Shown: piece by piece, positions 1-9,593 of the stretch
Layout of the letters: each line of letters opens with the position of its first letter
Position numbering within the stretch: position 1 is the first letter of the stretch
Source of the DNA: Halocafeteria seosinensis
Lineage: Eukaryota
Length of the DNA stretch: 63,039 bases
Assembly (NCBI GenBank): GCA_001687465.1
Contig: LVLI01000481.1
Location: 1-63,039, forward strand
Reading direction: 5' to 3'
The notes under the pieces: generated by a model
What the model saw: only the letters and a program-made list of their open reading frames with translations
Database searches by the model: none
Told to the model about the DNA's origin: nothing
Position numbers and translations under genes: made by a program

Positions 1-390
1 CTCCGAGGGTACATGTTCCACCACTGAGGATTGTGATTCCGAGGGTGGCTGCGGAGTTGGCAAGGCCAGAGCAGCCTGGCCGCCAGCCTGGCTGGGGTTC
101 AGCGGGATAACAGTTGGATGTTGAAGCTGAGGCGGTTGAGGGCCTTGAGGCGCTGCTTGCGCCACGTTGGCGTTGATGTCCCCCGTTGTCGCAGGATTGT
201 TGAGGCCCTCTATCTGGGTAGTGAAGTCGTGAAATGATCCGCAAAAGGCGTCCACCGTTTTGCACTGACATTTGACCAGCGTAACCCCGAGAGAGGAGAT
301 GAGCTTTTGTTTTTCGCAAGCTTTCACATATCGAGAGGCGCCTAGCGGCACCACGGCATCAGTGGAATGACGGAATATCCTGTGTGGACC
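1..390 (-). CDS. Coding exon running off the left edge; Pro/Gln-rich hypothetical protein, 5' part missing
   Basis: Stop-free minus frame from ~597 to 1 (…GPHRIFRHSTDAVVPLGASRYVKACEKQKLISSLGVTL…QAAPQGPQPPQLQHP…). Preceded on the minus strand by an acceptor-like TTTCAG at 396-391. No in-frame ATG. Confidence 0.4.
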
Positions 391-395
391 CTGAA

Positions 396-3029
396 ATTGG
401 ACTGAATGCGCACGATAAGAGCGCGTATCGAAGCAAGGGGATTTCGTTGAGCGATTCAGACCGCCATGTCGAGGCCATTGAGTGCTTCGATCATGCCATT
501 CGATTGGATGATAAAGATACTGAGAGCTATCATCGGAAAGCTAGCTCCCTGAGGAAGCTGGGTCGAATGGAGGAAGCTATCCACTGCTACAGTCGAATCA
601 TTGCACTGAATCCAATGCAAGAGCGCTTATTTCACGCGGGCAGTGATGTTAAAAAACGCAGGCCATCTTCAGAAAGCGTTGGAGGATTATCAGCAGATAT
701 TACAACTGGACGCTGAATTTGCGCCAGCACTCCAGGAGATGGGAATTGTTCTGGGACGCCAACGTCGATACCAGGAAGCTTTGGAATATTTCAACCGAGT
801 CCTCTTATTGAGGCCCCATTGTAAAGAGGCGCTCGGTGCAAAGGCGGTCGTGCTGCGTACACAAGGATCTGATACAGCAGCTATCGCATGCCTTGAACAG
901 GTGATTGCCATGGACCCAAAGTGTTGCGCTGCCTATTTGGAGCAAGGATTTTCGCTACGGAACTTAGAGCGTTACGATGAGGCCCAAGTGTGTTTTGATC
1001 ACTCCATTGCTTTGGAACCTACGGGCAAGACTGCGTTTCTGGAGAAAGCTGCGATATTGGGGAGACAGGGTCGATATAACGACGCTTTATATTGCTATGG
1101 TCGACTGCTAGCAATAGATCCTCGCTGCAAGGTTGCTCTGCGAAATACTGGAATATTGTTCTCGAAACTATGGTGGCATGAAGAAGCCATGTCATATTTT
1201 GATAAAGTCATTGCACTGGATGCGGCTGACAAACACGCCCTCATGGCGAAAGCAGTGTCGTTACAGAAAATCAAGCACTACAAAGAAGCTGTATCTTGCT
1301 ACGATAAACTCATCGATATGGATAAAAGGGACAAGGAGACTTATTTGCTAAAATGCTTATAGAATTGCGTCGAGAGAGTGAAGCTGTTGTATGCTTTGAT
1401 CAAGTCTTAGCTGTGGACGCAAACGATGCTCGGGGATACGAAAGCAAGGGAATAACACTACAGAGGCTAAACAGACATACAGAAGCTGTCGTTTGCTTCA
1501 ATGAACTAATACGGTTGGATGGTAGTAAGAAAGTGATGCACGAACATAAGCTTAGATCGCTCATGAGACTAGACCGTCATCGAGAGACAATAGAGTGTTG
1601 CAATCGAATACTCGCATTGGATTCGTCTGATGCACAGGTGCATACGGAGAAGGCAAAGCAATTAAGCAAACTTGGGCTTGATGAGGAAGCTATAGGATGC
1701 TTTGACCGGGCACTTGCATGCGATCCAGGCTATCGAAGCGCGTACCTACACAAGTACCCACTCCTTCTCAACACGGGACGTCACGAGGAAGCCTTATTGT
1801 TGCTGAATAAAGCCCTTTCAGTCATTCCTAGTTGCATTCAACTGTATCTCGCTAAAGGTAAGACCTTATATGGGCTCGGTCGTTACAAAGAAGCACTTTC
1901 TTGGCTTCCCAAAGATGTTGGCTTGGCTCCTTCCGATTCGCAAATGCTGCACCAGACAAAGGGCTTAACACTCGCACAGCTAGGCTACAATAAAGCAGCC
2001 ATCTCTTTCTTTAACCGTGCTATTAAATTAGATGCCGATGACCAGATCTCACACAAAAATAAAGGTGTTGCATTACGGAAATTACGCCGGTTGGAGGAAG
2101 CTGTTGCGTCATTCGGTAGGGTGATTGCTTTGGATCAGCAGGATAAAGAAAGTTACAAAACGCAAGGTCATATGCTGAATGAGCTGGGTCGGTATGCTGA
2201 AGCTATTTTGCGGTTTAACAAAGTTATAGAGTTGGATCCCCGAGACAAAAGTGCTTACGAATGGCAGGGTAAAGCTCTACAAGCATTAGGCCGTAGTAAG
2301 GAAGCAGTTGCCTGTTTCAACCACGTTATTCGCTTGGATCCTTGTTATAAACAGGCCTACGTCAACAAACTCGCATCTTTGAAGGAGCTCAGAAGTTTTG
2401 AAGATATTTTGGCGTGTTGCAAAGAGATAATAGCTTTGGACGCTACCGATAAAGACGCATACGTGGACAAAGGAATAGTGCTTGCAAAGTGGGGCTGCTG
2501 CGAAGAGGCTATAATGTGTTTTGATGAAGCTATATCATGCGATCCGCATTATTGGAACGCTTACATGTTAAAGTCCGCAATTTTATCCAGGTTTAATCGC
2601 CGGGAGGAGGCTTTGGTATTTCTGAACAAGGCAATTGCGTTATTTCCTCAGTCAGATGAACTTAAGAAGACCAAAGACACACTCGTGCGCGAGATCCAAG
2701 ACTATGAAGAAGCAATTTCCTGCTATTCCCAGGAGATTGGGTTGAGTACCTACTCCGACGAGGAGGCTACACCAGCACAGTTGGATGCCAGTGGTAATAC
2801 GGTAATATCATATAGTGATCACCCGATTTCACCAGGGGATCTCCACAGGCACGAAGGCGTCGCAACATTTCCAAATTCAGCAGGTTGCGCTGGCTGCTCT
2901 GTTGAGCTGGAGCCGAGCAGTGACAGCTATGGCGTCTCAACGACTCAGCGTGAAAATGAGGCAGACGTAATTGTGTTGGATGACAGCGACGATAACTCGC
3001 AGCAAACAGAGTTCGTTTATCACCGATGA
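396..3029 (+). pseudogene. Long TPR-repeat protein (~20 repeats) broken by two frameshifts and lacking a 5' start; pseudogene or sequence error
   Basis: ORFs 384-716, 643-1362 and 1353-3029 all carry the 34-aa TPR pattern (AY..KG..L..LGR..EAI.CF...I.LDP). The motif continues across the frame changes at ~615 and ~1350 with no room for an intron. Confidence 0.75.
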
Positions 3030-3334
3030 TCATATCGTTCCAAACAAGCATGGAAAGCACATCTATATATCAGCGAAGCTCTACTCAGTTGGCTGTTACT
3101 CTTCCTACCAAACGTTCCGTTTGCAGCGCATCATTACTCGATTGCCATGTGTCATTGCCTCAGCCCTACTGTGAGCACGCTTGCGCCGTAGTTGCACTTA
3201 CACGGCAAGACACCCTCTGTGACGCATTAATGAAGACCATGTAGCAAAGCAGTAGGAGGTGTTTGGCAGGACTTGGAACCCCCGGTAGCTGAGTAGGTCG
3301 AGAAAGGCAAATGCCTATATGTGGGTGAGAGGGC

Positions 3335-4037
3335 TGAGGCAAAGGGGTGTCTGACTATGTATTCACCTCTCCGTTCAGTCACATTTGGAGAATAGTTTCT
3401 ACGATAAACCGGTCGAAGTTCGCCGCCTTTGAGTCGTGGCACTTGGCAAGGATGCGATGGTTCTATATCTAATAAGGATGGTTCAACGCGCTGAAGCGTG
3501 TGTACTGGTTCATTAAATTCGGATTTATCCCGAGATTGAAGGAGGCAGGTCATGTAAGTTGATTCTACTGTCTCGATGGGCTCAGTAAATTGAAATTGCT
3601 TTGCGGCGCTTAACTCCCCGGCCGGTGGGCTATCTGTCACATTTGTGTGTGTGTGCGGCGCTTTGTCTCTGAATTATGATGTGATCTGCCGCCATGGTTT
3701 CTTTAGCTATCGCGTCACTCTTCAGAATCGCTTATTTGTGTCCATACATTTCTATCTCTGTTAATGGCGTTTATTCTTGAACAATTTTAGAAGCATCGGT
3801 GTCGTACAGGTACCGTATCCAAGCAACGCGCTTACTGGAAACTATCTCTGCGTGATGGGTCAGTGGACGCGTGGACGCGCTTGCTTCATTCATGTTCATG
3901 TGCTTCCTCCCAGGTTTGCTAGATTTAGGAGTAACGTTGAGGTATACTCGCACATGGAAGAAGTTACTGGGTGCCTACTTGTTACGGGGACCCTCATACT
4001 TTCGATACACGTTAGGACAGTAGCGGCTAGTCCAACT
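3335..4037 (+). repeat. Direct repeat A, copy 1 (blocks 3335-3452 and 3807-4037, separated by ~354 nt absent from copy 2)
   Basis: Aligns with scattered substitutions to 6643-6772 and 6773-7002. Shared strings include GTCTGACTATGTATTCACCTCTCCG and GGAGTAACGTTGAGGTATACTCGCACATGGAAGAAGTTACTGGGTGCC. Confidence 0.9.
3612..3655 (-). mobile_element. Isolated terminal-inverted-repeat end of the TIR family also seen at 38558 and 62906, with adjoining (TG)n
   Basis: Reverse complement reads CACACACACACAAATGTGACAGATAGCCCACCGGCCGGGGAGTT, nearly identical to 62894-62936. Confidence 0.8.
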
Positions 4038-4695
4038 TGCAGACGGATGCAAACGGCGCCAAGGATCTTTGGGGGAATCAACGGCTTCGGTTTCGCCATG
4101 GTAGAAGACAGGGAAAATCTCTACTACCAGCCAGCTTACAAGTTGAAATTGCCTGCAAAGTAGCGAAAAAGCGTAAGATGCGGTTCAACAAAAACGAAAA
4201 CGAAACTGGATTTTTTGGTTTTTGTTGAAGCAGGCGTCTTACGGCACATTTTTTTGTTACAAAACTTTGAAACATTCAAAGGTTGTAGGACGCTTGAAAT
4301 TGATTAAAATTTCGCGGGCGTTATTGGAGCGGTGCTTCAATGTATGTCTGCGAACAGATCGATTGCCGTTTAAACCTGTTTGCGTATGGTTAAGTACCCA
4401 ACAAACATAAAAGGCAAGGAGGTTCGTCAATGAAATAAACAAGGGGAAGAAAAAATGAATTCGTACGCAGGGAAGAGGATTGAAACTGAAAAATTGCGCA
4501 CTGACGGTAAGCTCGACGAGTGCGAAGAAAAATACAATACCATACCATACTGTGTGACTAAGCGTAGTTATTGGCTGTAGGCCAATGAATGTAACATTTG
4601 CACACTATTTGATAACTCCCTGAGAGTGCTGTACGAAGCACTCAAGTGCTCAGTCTGTCGTCGCTGCTCTAGTTATAACAGCTTGTCTTGGTAGC

Positions 4696-5745
4696 TCAAG
4701 TAACATCTGGTCTAACTGGTCTCGAGGGATATTTCTTGTCAAGCTCCTGGAATGATTTCCATTCTTCAATTCTCATCAATGCTCTCTGCTTGATGAACGC
4801 ATTATCACCTGAAGTAAGTGTCTTCTTATCATTGTAATGTGTCATCATTTCTTGCAAAAACCCCGGACATGCCGCCCCTTTTGCTTCTTTTTTTAGGAAC
4901 TCTCTATCACTTGTCGTAAGACATTTGAATGAGTCTTCTATGAACTTGTCAACTTCCTCAGCCCCCCACTGAAATGTAGCCGGAGCACATAAGGGGGCTA
5001 CCTTATCATTCCCATTCAAGCGTAAGATGGTGTCTGCCTTCTCTCGGTCAGAAACGACAACGATGACGTTGTACTTCTTGGTGTTTCTGGATTCAATCGC
5101 TAAGCTCAACAACGAAGCTCTCGCTTTTTCATCCCATTCCATTGCCTCAGCAGCATCAATCACCACAATTGAGCCGTCAGGAGTCCAACGGGACACTGAA
5201 TTGTCCGGAATATGAAGATGTGATTTTAGCGAATAGCTGCTTGTCAGCCACAATGCGTATCGCTGCTTGTTCGGGTTTGCTTTGAGCCATTGGTTTAAAT
5301 ACGTGTGTACATATGTGGTTTTTCCTGTGCCGGTCGGAGAGTACACGACGAACATTCCACCAAATTTGCTATTGAAGGCCTCAGTAAGTACCGCACGGAC
5401 GTTGTCCTTCTCGACAAATGGCAGAACCCTTTCCCCATCTTTGAAAAAACTGATATAGTGAGCAGGTAATTCTTTCATCTTTTCCTTGTTCTTTTCCTTC
5501 ATTCCTTCTTCTGTAGTTGCCTCACGATCTTCGCTTTTCCAGAAGCGTTCACGGAGGTACATACTGAAGCTCACCGTTCCCCCTATCGCAGATACAATTC
5601 CCCAATATTGCTGAGATTTGCTAGCAACTTTGTCCACGGATGAAGAAGAAGTGCTTTGCCATCGTTGCCGATTTTGTTGACGAATACAACCCACTGTTTG
5701 TCTCCTCATGATGAGATGCGCTTTTCTGGGAACTGCTCGCTTCAT
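4696..5745 (-). CDS. Intronless P-loop NTPase with a basic N-terminal (mitochondrial-like) presequence and one hydrophobic segment
   Basis: 349-aa ATG ORF. Walker A VYSPTGTGKTT, Walker B-like IVVIDAAE, Arg-rich N-terminus followed by YWGIVSAIGGTVSFSMYL. Confidence 0.75.
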   Translation of the reverse strand: MKRAVPRKAHLIMRRQTVGCIRQQNRQRWQSTSSSSVDKVASKSQQYWGIVSAIGGTVSFSMYLRERFWKSEDREATTEEGMKEKNKEKMKELPAHYISFFKDGERVLPFVEKDNVRAVLTEAFNSKFGGMFVVYSPTGTGKTTYVHTYLNQWLKANPNKQRYALWLTSSYSLKSHLHIPDNSVSRWTPDGSIVVIDAAEAMEWDEKARASLLSLAIESRNTKKYNVIVVVSDREKADTILRLNGNDKVAPLCAPATFQWGAEEVDKFIEDSFKCLTTSDREFLKKEAKGAACPGFLQEMMTHYNDKKTLTSGDNAFIKQRALMRIEEWKSFQELDKKYPSRPVRPDVT

Positions 5746-6642
5746 CTTGGTGATTATGTTTTCTCTGCAATCCTTACAACGTTGCTTTGCAAGTCAATCA
5801 ATCAAGCCCCGCACACGGTAAACAAACCCCCCCACAACAGTCTTTGCGGTCTCTGCAACTTAACCAGCTTAACGAACAGCTCTCTCACTCTTCTGTGACC
5901 TATCTTTTTCTTTTTTTTTTTTTTTCAGGTCAGAAAGTACCTTGTGTTCTATTAGATGCTCCGGATAGGGTTCTTGCGTGCCGACAGTTAAGCTTCAAGC
6001 CGTTCTATAGCCTACACTATGTGTGTGTTATTTCAAACACGCGATCAACGGCGTGTCCGAATACTGTACAACGAAGAGAGTGGCTAGGCAATGTTGCTTA
6101 CTGCTAATTTTGGACAATAGGGCATCCGCCAGTTGTTGTTTAACCAACCCAATGCGAAATTGCCTCAGGATTTCCTCAGAAATTCCTCTAAAACGAAGTG
6201 AGGAGGGCCCTATGACCCCGCGAGGTAAACGGAAGCTCAAAGCGTTCTGAACAATAGGTTTGTGGGTTTGCTACAGATCTGGCTTTCGACTCTCACTACG
6301 TTCGCAGGCGCCACTTATATACCTGTTCCGGTAGGATTCCTACGGTAGGAAGGAGTTTCTTCAAGCCAACACCAGTCCGGACCAGCCGAACTGAGCGAGG
6401 CTTTGACATATTGGGCACTCCATTGCAACTGTATAGTACGTAGGTCAGGATCCAAGTTAAACCTTCGGTGTATAGTCCATTGTGTCTGTCGTACCAAACG
6501 AACAGGTCAGTCCGGACTGTCCGGGTGGCCGCGAGACAGGTACTGGCCATGGTAGGTGCTGCCCAGGAGAGATACCAATCGCTAACCGGTGCTGGCGAGG
6601 ACGAAGATGAGGACATGAGTGGGTTCCTCTTCAGACGAGGAA

Positions 6643-7002
6643 TGAGGCAAAGGGATGTCTGACTATGTATTCACCTCTCCGCGTTCAGTCACATTGGTAG
6701 AATACATGGGTGTAGTTTCTATTATAAACCGGTCGGGGATCACCGGCGTTGAGTCGTGGCACTTGGCAAGGACAGGTACCGTGTCCAAGCAACGCACTTA
6801 CTGGAAGCTATCTCTGCGTGGTGGGTCAGTGGACGCGTTGACGCGTTTGCTTCATTCGTGTTCATGTGCTTCCTCCCAGGTTTGTTCGATCGGGAGTAAC
6901 GTTGAGGTATACTCGCACATGGAAGAAGTTACTGGGTGCCTGCTTGTTACGGAAACCCTCATACTTTCGATACACATTAGGACAGTAGCGGCTAGTCCAA
7001 CT
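6643..7002 (+). repeat. Direct repeat A, copy 2
   Basis: Matches 3335-3452 joined to 3807-4037. Its right edge coincides with the loss of PME-1 similarity. Confidence 0.9.
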
Positions 7003-7853
7003 CTAAGGGAGGCAATTGCTGCAGTTTCCACGACGTCTAGGACAACAAGCGCGCTTACTGGCACGGAGAGCGATCGGAAACCACCGACATCCTCGTCAGG
7101 ATGACTTCCTTTCCGATCAATTTGCTGTTGAGCAGCGATGGAGTTTGCAATGCATCCTCCTAATGAATGTCCTACCAGGATGACGCCATCATGAAGATCA
7201 TGAATCCCTCTGCTGTGTATTGCTTCCAATACCCGCACGACATCGTTATGCAATGTTTGCAAAGAGAGATCTTCTTCGTTCTTCGTATCAGTATTTCCGT
7301 GTCCTCGTAAGTCAATTCCTATCTGTGTAAGGTGATGTTTTCGGACCCAGTTGCTTAGTATCGTAAAGGTCCTGAAACTACTTCCTGCACCGTGAAGGAA
7401 TACAATTATTGGCCTTGAGCTCACCCCGGAGCCAATAGTTTCTGAGTGTATTGCATGGGATCTGTCCTCTTGAAGCGGTTGTCTTAATAGTCCAGTATCG
7501 ATATATACAGCGAAACGATCCACATCATGCACACGCCCTTTGGTGGCGGCGGTGGTGGAATCCTTCGTTTCAGGTTTCGGTTCCAGCTCCACAAACGTCG
7601 CTTCCGGCATAACCCATTGCGAGCGAGTGCGTGAGTCCGTTTCACACGCTAGATTCTCGTTAGAGGAAATTCCCCTTTCATCATCCTTTGTCCCGGTGGA
7701 ATGGAGTTCTGTATGGTTTGTAAATGGTCCATGCGATTCCCCCCTGCCGCTGGCGGTGGCGGCGGCTCGATGATGGTGATGATGGTGTTTCGGTCCTCGG
7801 CGATGATTATGCATACTCTGAATCAAGAACGGATATTTATGTGGGCGTCCCAC
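7003..7853 (-). pseudogene. PPME1: 3'-truncated protein phosphatase methylesterase-1-like alpha/beta hydrolase
   Basis: FLHGAG, GIDLRGHGNT…EEDLSLQTL..DV, nucleophile GHSLGG and LDVVE match the PME-1 N-half. After ASL (7003) the frame reads into repeat A, and I see no C-terminal half with the catalytic His. Confidence 0.65.
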
Positions 7854-7966
7854 GCACGGTTATGTATTTTATGTATGCTAACAAATATACGCCCCCTGGC
7901 ACAGCACCAAATCCTGCATCATTCAAGCTCTGAGGCGCCAACTTCAACAATCTTCTGTATTCCACC

Positions 7967-8116
7967 CTATATTGGCTGTATCGTCACTTCCAAGCACACA
8001 GAGCCAATAGAATTGTGTATGTGTGCGTTTTCAACTTCAGCGTTTCATTGTTTGGAATAGGACTGCTTTGAGCGAGCTTAAATCACCTGGTTTCTGACTC
8101 ATGTTTTTGAATTGAG
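7967..8116 (+). repeat. Direct repeat B, copy 1
   Basis: ATCGTCACTTCCAAGCACACA.AGCCAA..GAATTGTGTA.GTGTGC…GGAATAG.ACTGCTTTGAG.GAGCTT..ATCA.CTGGTTT.TGACT.ATGTTTTTG recurs at 9448-9593. Confidence 0.9.
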
Positions 8117-8138
8117 AGGGTATCCAAGCCATTAAACT

Positions 8139-9047
8139 ATGAGTTCGCGGTCTCGTATGCGTGCAAAGCGCCGCACTAATAAGTCTAACGTCGACCCTTT
8201 CCAGGGCAATGAAGCCCCCAGTTGGGATGATTCTGACTTTTTCTTTGGAGACGATGAAGAAGCCGTCACCGTCGGCCAGGTGTTCAACGATTTCGTTGCA
8301 GAATGCAGACAAAAGCTGCCAGAGAAGCATCTGGACACATATGAATCGACAATTAATCTATTCAAGAGTTCCATGCAAGGACAAGGCGCCGGAGAAGAGG
8401 ATCCTGCGAAACACTTAATTTTCTATGTCCCGCGGTTTCTCGCCTATTTCATGGTACGCAAGGTAAACTCGACTGGAAAGAAAGATATCCAGAAAGCTGC
8501 CCAAGTGGTAAAAAACTTATTTCAATTCATGCAACGCAAGGGGTACGAGGGAATCCTTGACGCCGTAACTGAGTGGGGAATTGAGTCCGCTGAGTCGCTG
8601 AGAGAGGAGCTCGGAGAGGCCGAAGACGTATTCAAAGAGATTCGGAAGTACGCACCGGCGCCAGATGGTGTCCACGCTCGGAATTATATGTTTATCAAAA
8701 CGGGTGGTTTGTCGATGGAGTGCCCTCCGGCGATGCTGAAGGGAAATCCTCAGTATGAAGACAAGGAAGGAGAATGCAAAGGCCTTTTCAAGATTACCCG
8801 GATAAAGCCTGGAAAGCTGTATACGTATGACTTCTCCCGCGACTGGGAAAAGCCGAGCGACGAGGTATTGATTATAAATGTCCCAGAGCATATAAGCTCA
8901 AAGTGCAAACCAGATTGGACTTTGGAAGCTGTACTGGAGAAGGACACTCGGAACTGGAAAATTAGGGAAATATGGAGTGTGTATACTCCCCTGGCTGATC
9001 CTACCTGGAGTCCTAAACCGATTGACGAGTATCTGGGTAAGAAGTAA
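8139..9047 (+). CDS. Intronless hypothetical protein resembling a bacterial uncharacterised family (helical N-domain plus beta-rich C-domain)
   Basis: 302-aa ATG ORF. Motifs TVGQVFNDFVAE, FLAYFMVRKV, VVKNLFQFMQRKGY, FKITRIKPGKL, VPEHISSKCKPDW, WKIREIWSVY. The family resemblance is from memory. Confidence 0.75.
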   Translation: MSSRSRMRAKRRTNKSNVDPFQGNEAPSWDDSDFFFGDDEEAVTVGQVFNDFVAECRQKLPEKHLDTYESTINLFKSSMQGQGAGEEDPAKHLIFYVPRFLAYFMVRKVNSTGKKDIQKAAQVVKNLFQFMQRKGYEGILDAVTEWGIESAESLREELGEAEDVFKEIRKYAPAPDGVHARNYMFIKTGGLSMECPPAMLKGNPQYEDKEGECKGLFKITRIKPGKLYTYDFSRDWEKPSDEVLIINVPEHISSKCKPDWTLEAVLEKDTRNWKIREIWSVYTPLADPTWSPKPIDEYLGKK

Positions 9048-9447
9048 CGTTGTCTTATTGGAGCTTTCTTCTTCATGCTGCCCGGAGGCTATATTTACAG
9101 TATACAATTGTAAGGAAGCGGATAGCGTTGTGGATAGCGTTATCCAGTCAGAATGTCTCGAAATGGTGACACAATCACTACGGTTGTACTGTACTTGTAC
9201 AAGTACAACTTTGTGTACAGTTAGTAGTACGTTGTACTAGCACACTTCAAGTTTAATGATATCCCGGAAATGCGATTAATGTATGTAGTTTTATCGTTAG
9301 TTTTGTTGTCTTCCGAAATGCTACATGTTTTCTAGGAAGGAAGAAAACTCATAAAAAATTCTAAATCATTGCTTAAGTTCGATACGACTGCAGCAAGCTA
9401 GCAGTACCCAAGAAGCCATGGAACAGTTCTCTGTACTCTACTACGTT

Positions 9448-9593
9448 CTATATTACTGCATCGTCACTTCCAAGCACACAAAGCCAAGTGAATTGTGTAC
9501 GTGTGCTTCAGCGTGTGATTGGTTGGAATAGCACTGCTTTGAGAGAGCTTGGATCATCTGGTTTTTGACTTATGTTTTTGTTTTTGAATCGAG
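9448..9593 (+). repeat. Direct repeat B, copy 2
   Basis: Diverged copy of 7967-8116, not followed by an ORF copy. Confidence 0.9.

Noticed and set aside
3026..3244. PYCEHACAV resembling a SWIM zinc finger of a MULE transposase
   Set aside because: The CxC half is missing (C-S-A), the ORF is tiny, and no DDE domain lies nearby.
6296..6616. 106-aa ORF beginning MSSSSSSPAP…LSWAAP (FN3-like hint), also considered as missing PME-1 exons
   Set aside because: No further FN3 or PME-1 motifs in any frame.
3335..7002. Autonomous LTR retrotransposon interpretation of repeat A
   Set aside because: No gag/RT/integrase, no clear TG…CA ends, PBS or TSD. Kept only as a direct-repeat finding.
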